DNA of 64,000 nucleotides, taken from NCBI GenBank assembly GCA_965223665.1, contig OZ245011.1:32001-96000 (forward strand), read 5' to 3'. The notes beneath the pieces are model-generated. The model was not told where the DNA came from. It was given only the letters and a program-made list of their open reading frames with translations, and did not search any database. The position numbers were made by a program, and so were the translations under genes. Below are positions 61,196-64,000 of the stretch, in pieces (positions within the stretch are counted from its first letter, which is position 1; every line of letters starts with the position of its first letter). Source of the DNA: Nitrospinaceae bacterium. Its GTDB lineage: Bacteria; Nitrospinota; Nitrospinia; Nitrospinales; Nitrospinaceae.

Positions 61196-63196
61196 ATGAA
61201 AAAACTGCTGGATAGTATTAATAGTCCAAAAGATTTAAAAAAATTAAAGCCAGAGCAACTTCCTAAATTAGCGACCGAGATTCGGGACTGTTTGTTAAAT
61301 ACAATTTCAAAAACTGGTGGTCATTTGGGATCCAATTTGGGTGTAGTGGAGCTAACAATTGCACTTCATTATGTTTTTGACAGTCCAAAAGATAAGTTTG
61401 TTTGGGATGTTGGGCACCAGACATATGTGCACAAGTTGCTAACAGGTCGAAAAGATAAATTTGATACATTACGAAAATATGATGGTTTGAGCGGTTTTAC
61501 CAAGAGAGAGGAAAGTGAACATGATCACTGGAATTGTGGTCATGGGGGAACCTCAATTTCCGCGGCAATTGCGTTTGCAAAGGCTAGAGATTTAAAGAAA
61601 GAGGATCATGAAGTTTTAGCCGTAATTGGTGATGGTTCTATGACCGCTGGAATGGCTTTCGAGGGATTAAACCATACGGGGCACTTGAAAAGTAATATGG
61701 TTGTTGTCTTAAATGACAATGAAATGTCTATTTCTCCTAACGTTGGAGGGATGTCTTCTCATTTGAGCCAAATAATGACAGGTGAAGTTTTACGTAAAAT
61801 TAAAAAAGAAATTGATGAGTTGCTATTAGCCATACCCGGTGTGGGAAAGGAAATTTCTCGGTATGCTCATAAGCTGGATGAAGCAATAAAAGGTATTTTT
61901 ATTCCCGGTCGTTTATTTGAAGATTTGGGATTTCGTTACGTCGGACCCATTGACGGTCATAATATTGAAGACCTGATAGAAGCGTTTGAACCTTTAAAAG
62001 GTCCAAAACGGCCCACTTTGATTCATGTAGTGACTAGAAAGGGTAAGGGTTATAAGGTGGCGGAAGAAAAAGCTGAGGTGTGGCATGGTGCTTCTCCATT
62101 TGATATTAAGACAGGGACTTTTCTAAAAAAATCTTCATCAATACCTAACTATACTTCTGTTTTTGCCCAAGCTCTTATTGAATTGGCCAAGGAGGATGAA
62201 AAAATTATTGGAATCACTGCGGCTATGCCAACAGGAACAGGGATAAGTAAATTTGAAGAGGTTTTTCCCGATCGTACTTTTGATGTGGGAATGGCTGAAC
62301 AGCATGCAGTTGATTTTGCTGGAGGTTTGGCATTAGAAGGGTTTCTTCCAGTAGCTGCTATTTACTCTACATTTTTGCAAAGAGCTTACGATCAGGTGGT
62401 GCATGATATTTGTTTGATGAACATCCCCATTACCTTTGCTATGGACCGTGCAGGCATTGTTGGAGAAGATGGTGCTACTCACCAGGGTTTATACGATATC
62501 GCTTATCTAAGGACCCTCCCAAATATGGTGATAATGGCACCAAAGGATGAAAATGAATTGCGGCATATGCTAAAAACAGCCATTTACCATCCTGGTCCTG
62601 CGGCTATTCGTTATCCAAGAGGATCCGGTCTAGGGGTTTCTTTAGACCCTGAAATGAAAGAAATAGAAATTGGAAAGGGTGAAGTGGTTCGTGAAGGTAA
62701 AGATATAGTTTTAATTGCGTATGGGCATATGGTTCAGCCTGCTTTAGAAGCTGCAGAAAAATTAAAAGAATCTAATATTGACGCCACGGTCATCAATGCC
62801 CGGTTTGTAAAACCCCTTGATGAAGAACTGATTATGGCTCATGTGAATTCTACTAAATGTGTTGTTACTCTAGAGGAGCATTCGGTTCAAGGAGGTTTTG
62901 GATCGGCTGTTCTAGAATTGGTGCACCAACACGTAACTGACCAGCCTATTAATGTTAAATGTCTGGGCGTAGCAGATTTGGTAATTGAGCATGGTTCTCC
63001 CAATCTGGTTCGCAAGGATTTGGAATTGGATCTTGAAGGAATATTTAATTCCGTCCAAAAATTTTATTATTCTGTCAAAGGGCCTTTTGTTCAAGTGAAA
63101 TCACCTCGAAAAATCCATCAAGGAAATGGAAAACGGCCTGAAAAATTAAATCAACAAAAGGGTACTGAAGAGGTAAAACATTCAGTCAATGGATAG
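61196..63196 (+). CDS. dxs: 1-deoxy-D-xylulose-5-phosphate synthase
   Basis: GGHLGSNLG, WDVGHQ, GDG..TAGMAFE, AEQHA, YSTFLQRAYDQ and DGATHQG motifs. Confidence 0.98.
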   Translation: MKKLLDSINSPKDLKKLKPEQLPKLATEIRDCLLNTISKTGGHLGSNLGVVELTIALHYVFDSPKDKFVWDVGHQTYVHKLLTGRKDKFDTLRKYDGLSGFTKREESEHDHWNCGHGGTSISAAIAFAKARDLKKEDHEVLAVIGDGSMTAGMAFEGLNHTGHLKSNMVVVLNDNEMSISPNVGGMSSHLSQIMTGEVLRKIKKEIDELLLAIPGVGKEISRYAHKLDEAIKGIFIPGRLFEDLGFRYVGPIDGHNIEDLIEAFEPLKGPKRPTLIHVVTRKGKGYKVAEEKAEVWHGASPFDIKTGTFLKKSSSIPNYTSVFAQALIELAKEDEKIIGITAAMPTGTGISKFEEVFPDRTFDVGMAEQHAVDFAGGLALEGFLPVAAIYSTFLQRAYDQVVHDICLMNIPITFAMDRAGIVGEDGATHQGLYDIAYLRTLPNMVIMAPKDENELRHMLKTAIYHPGPAAIRYPRGSGLGVSLDPEMKEIEIGKGEVVREGKDIVLIAYGHMVQPALEAAEKLKESNIDATVINARFVKPLDEELIMAHVNSTKCVVTLEEHSVQGGFGSAVLELVHQHVTDQPINVKCLGVADLVIEHGSPNLVRKDLELDLEGIFNSVQKFYYSVKGPFVQVKSPRKIHQGNGKRPEKLNQQKGTEEVKHSVNG

Positions 63197-63779
63197 ATGC
63201 TCACAGATTAAGCGCGCCACTCGTGAAACTGATATCGAAATCAATATAGTATTGGATGGATCGGGGAAGAGCGACATTCAGACTCCTGTGCCATTCCTCA
63301 GCCATATGCTGGATCAAATTGCCCGTCATGGTTACTTTGACTTAGTGGTTAGAGCCCAAGGTGATACGGAAATTGATTTTCATCATACTGTTGAGGACAT
63401 TGGGATTACATTAGGTATGGCTTTTGAAAAAGCTTTGGGGGATAAAAAAGGAATTTGCCGGTTTGGCAGTGCCAGAGTTCCTTTGAACGAAGCACTCTCA
63501 AATGTCACTGTAGATGTTTGTGGGCGTTCTTATTTTGTCTTTAATATAGACCTTCCTCGTGCAAAATTAGGGGAATTTGATGTGGAATTAGTGCCTGAAT
63601 TTTTTCAAGCCTTTTCGGCTAATAGTGGTACTACATTACATATTGATGCTCCTTATTGGACCAACCTCCACCATGTGACCGAAGCCTCATTTAAAGCGTT
63701 TGCAAGAGCTTTAGACCAAGCTAGTTCACTTGACCCTCGTTCGGACTCAGTTCCTTCCACGAAGGGTTCATTAGGATGA
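63189..63779 (+). CDS. hisB: Imidazoleglycerol-phosphate dehydratase
   Basis: RATRETDI, DFHHTVED, NLHHVTEASFKA and PSTKG motifs. Confidence 0.97.
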   Translation: MDRCSQIKRATRETDIEINIVLDGSGKSDIQTPVPFLSHMLDQIARHGYFDLVVRAQGDTEIDFHHTVEDIGITLGMAFEKALGDKKGICRFGSARVPLNEALSNVTVDVCGRSYFVFNIDLPRAKLGEFDVELVPEFFQAFSANSGTTLHIDAPYWTNLHHVTEASFKAFARALDQASSLDPRSDSVPSTKGSLG

Positions 63780-64000
63780 TTGCTATCATTGACTATGGAA
63801 TGGGCAATCTACGCTCCGTTCAAAAAGCGTTTGAAGCCGTAGGTGCCCAAGCCAAAATTACCAACGATACCCAGTCTATATTAGATGCTTGTTCCGTTGT
63901 GTTGCCAGGAGTGGGTGCTTTTAAAGATTGTATGGATAATCTCGTTCGTTTTGACTTGGTAGATGTAATTCATTCTTCTATTAAAAGTGGAAAACCCTTT
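63776..64000 (+). CDS. hisH: Imidazole glycerol phosphate synthase subunit HisH (partial, runs off the window end)
   Basis: Manual translation from the ATGA overlap gives MIAIIDYGMGNLRSVQKAFEAVG...VVLPGVGAF...GKPF. Confidence 0.93.
   Translation, partial: MIAIIDYGMGNLRSVQKAFEAVGAQAKITNDTQSILDACSVVLPGVGAFKDCMDNLVRFDLVDVIHSSIKSGKPF

Overview
AT-rich bacterial chromosomal segment made up mostly of housekeeping genes. A Gram-negative, probably marine, Nitrospinota/deltaproteobacteria-like organism is inferred from gene content and order; this is not proven. Recognisable genes are recG, relA/spoT, rpmB, flgM, pilD-recX-recA-thpR, dtd, the complex I operon nuoA-M, sfsA, tgt, argD, comF, nhaD and ispA-dxs-hisB-hisH. 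nuoN lies about 16 kb upstream of nuoA on the opposite strand. No rRNA, tRNA, CRISPR array, transposase or integrase was seen. The most unusual items are: (1) a 2681-aa exported protein with a PD40 propeller, TPRs, a dead CHAT domain, more TPRs and an intact CHAT caspase-like domain; (2) an exported FGE/SUMF1-fold protein with two heme-c-type motifs and an FGE-like CxxxxC pair; (3) a gene geometry consistent with a single ~29-kb inversion splitting nuoM from nuoN; (4) a protein with two TM helices, a PLD-like domain and a lectin-like domain, followed by a candidate structured RNA upstream of the nuo promoter. All family assignments come from motif recognition by eye, not database searches.
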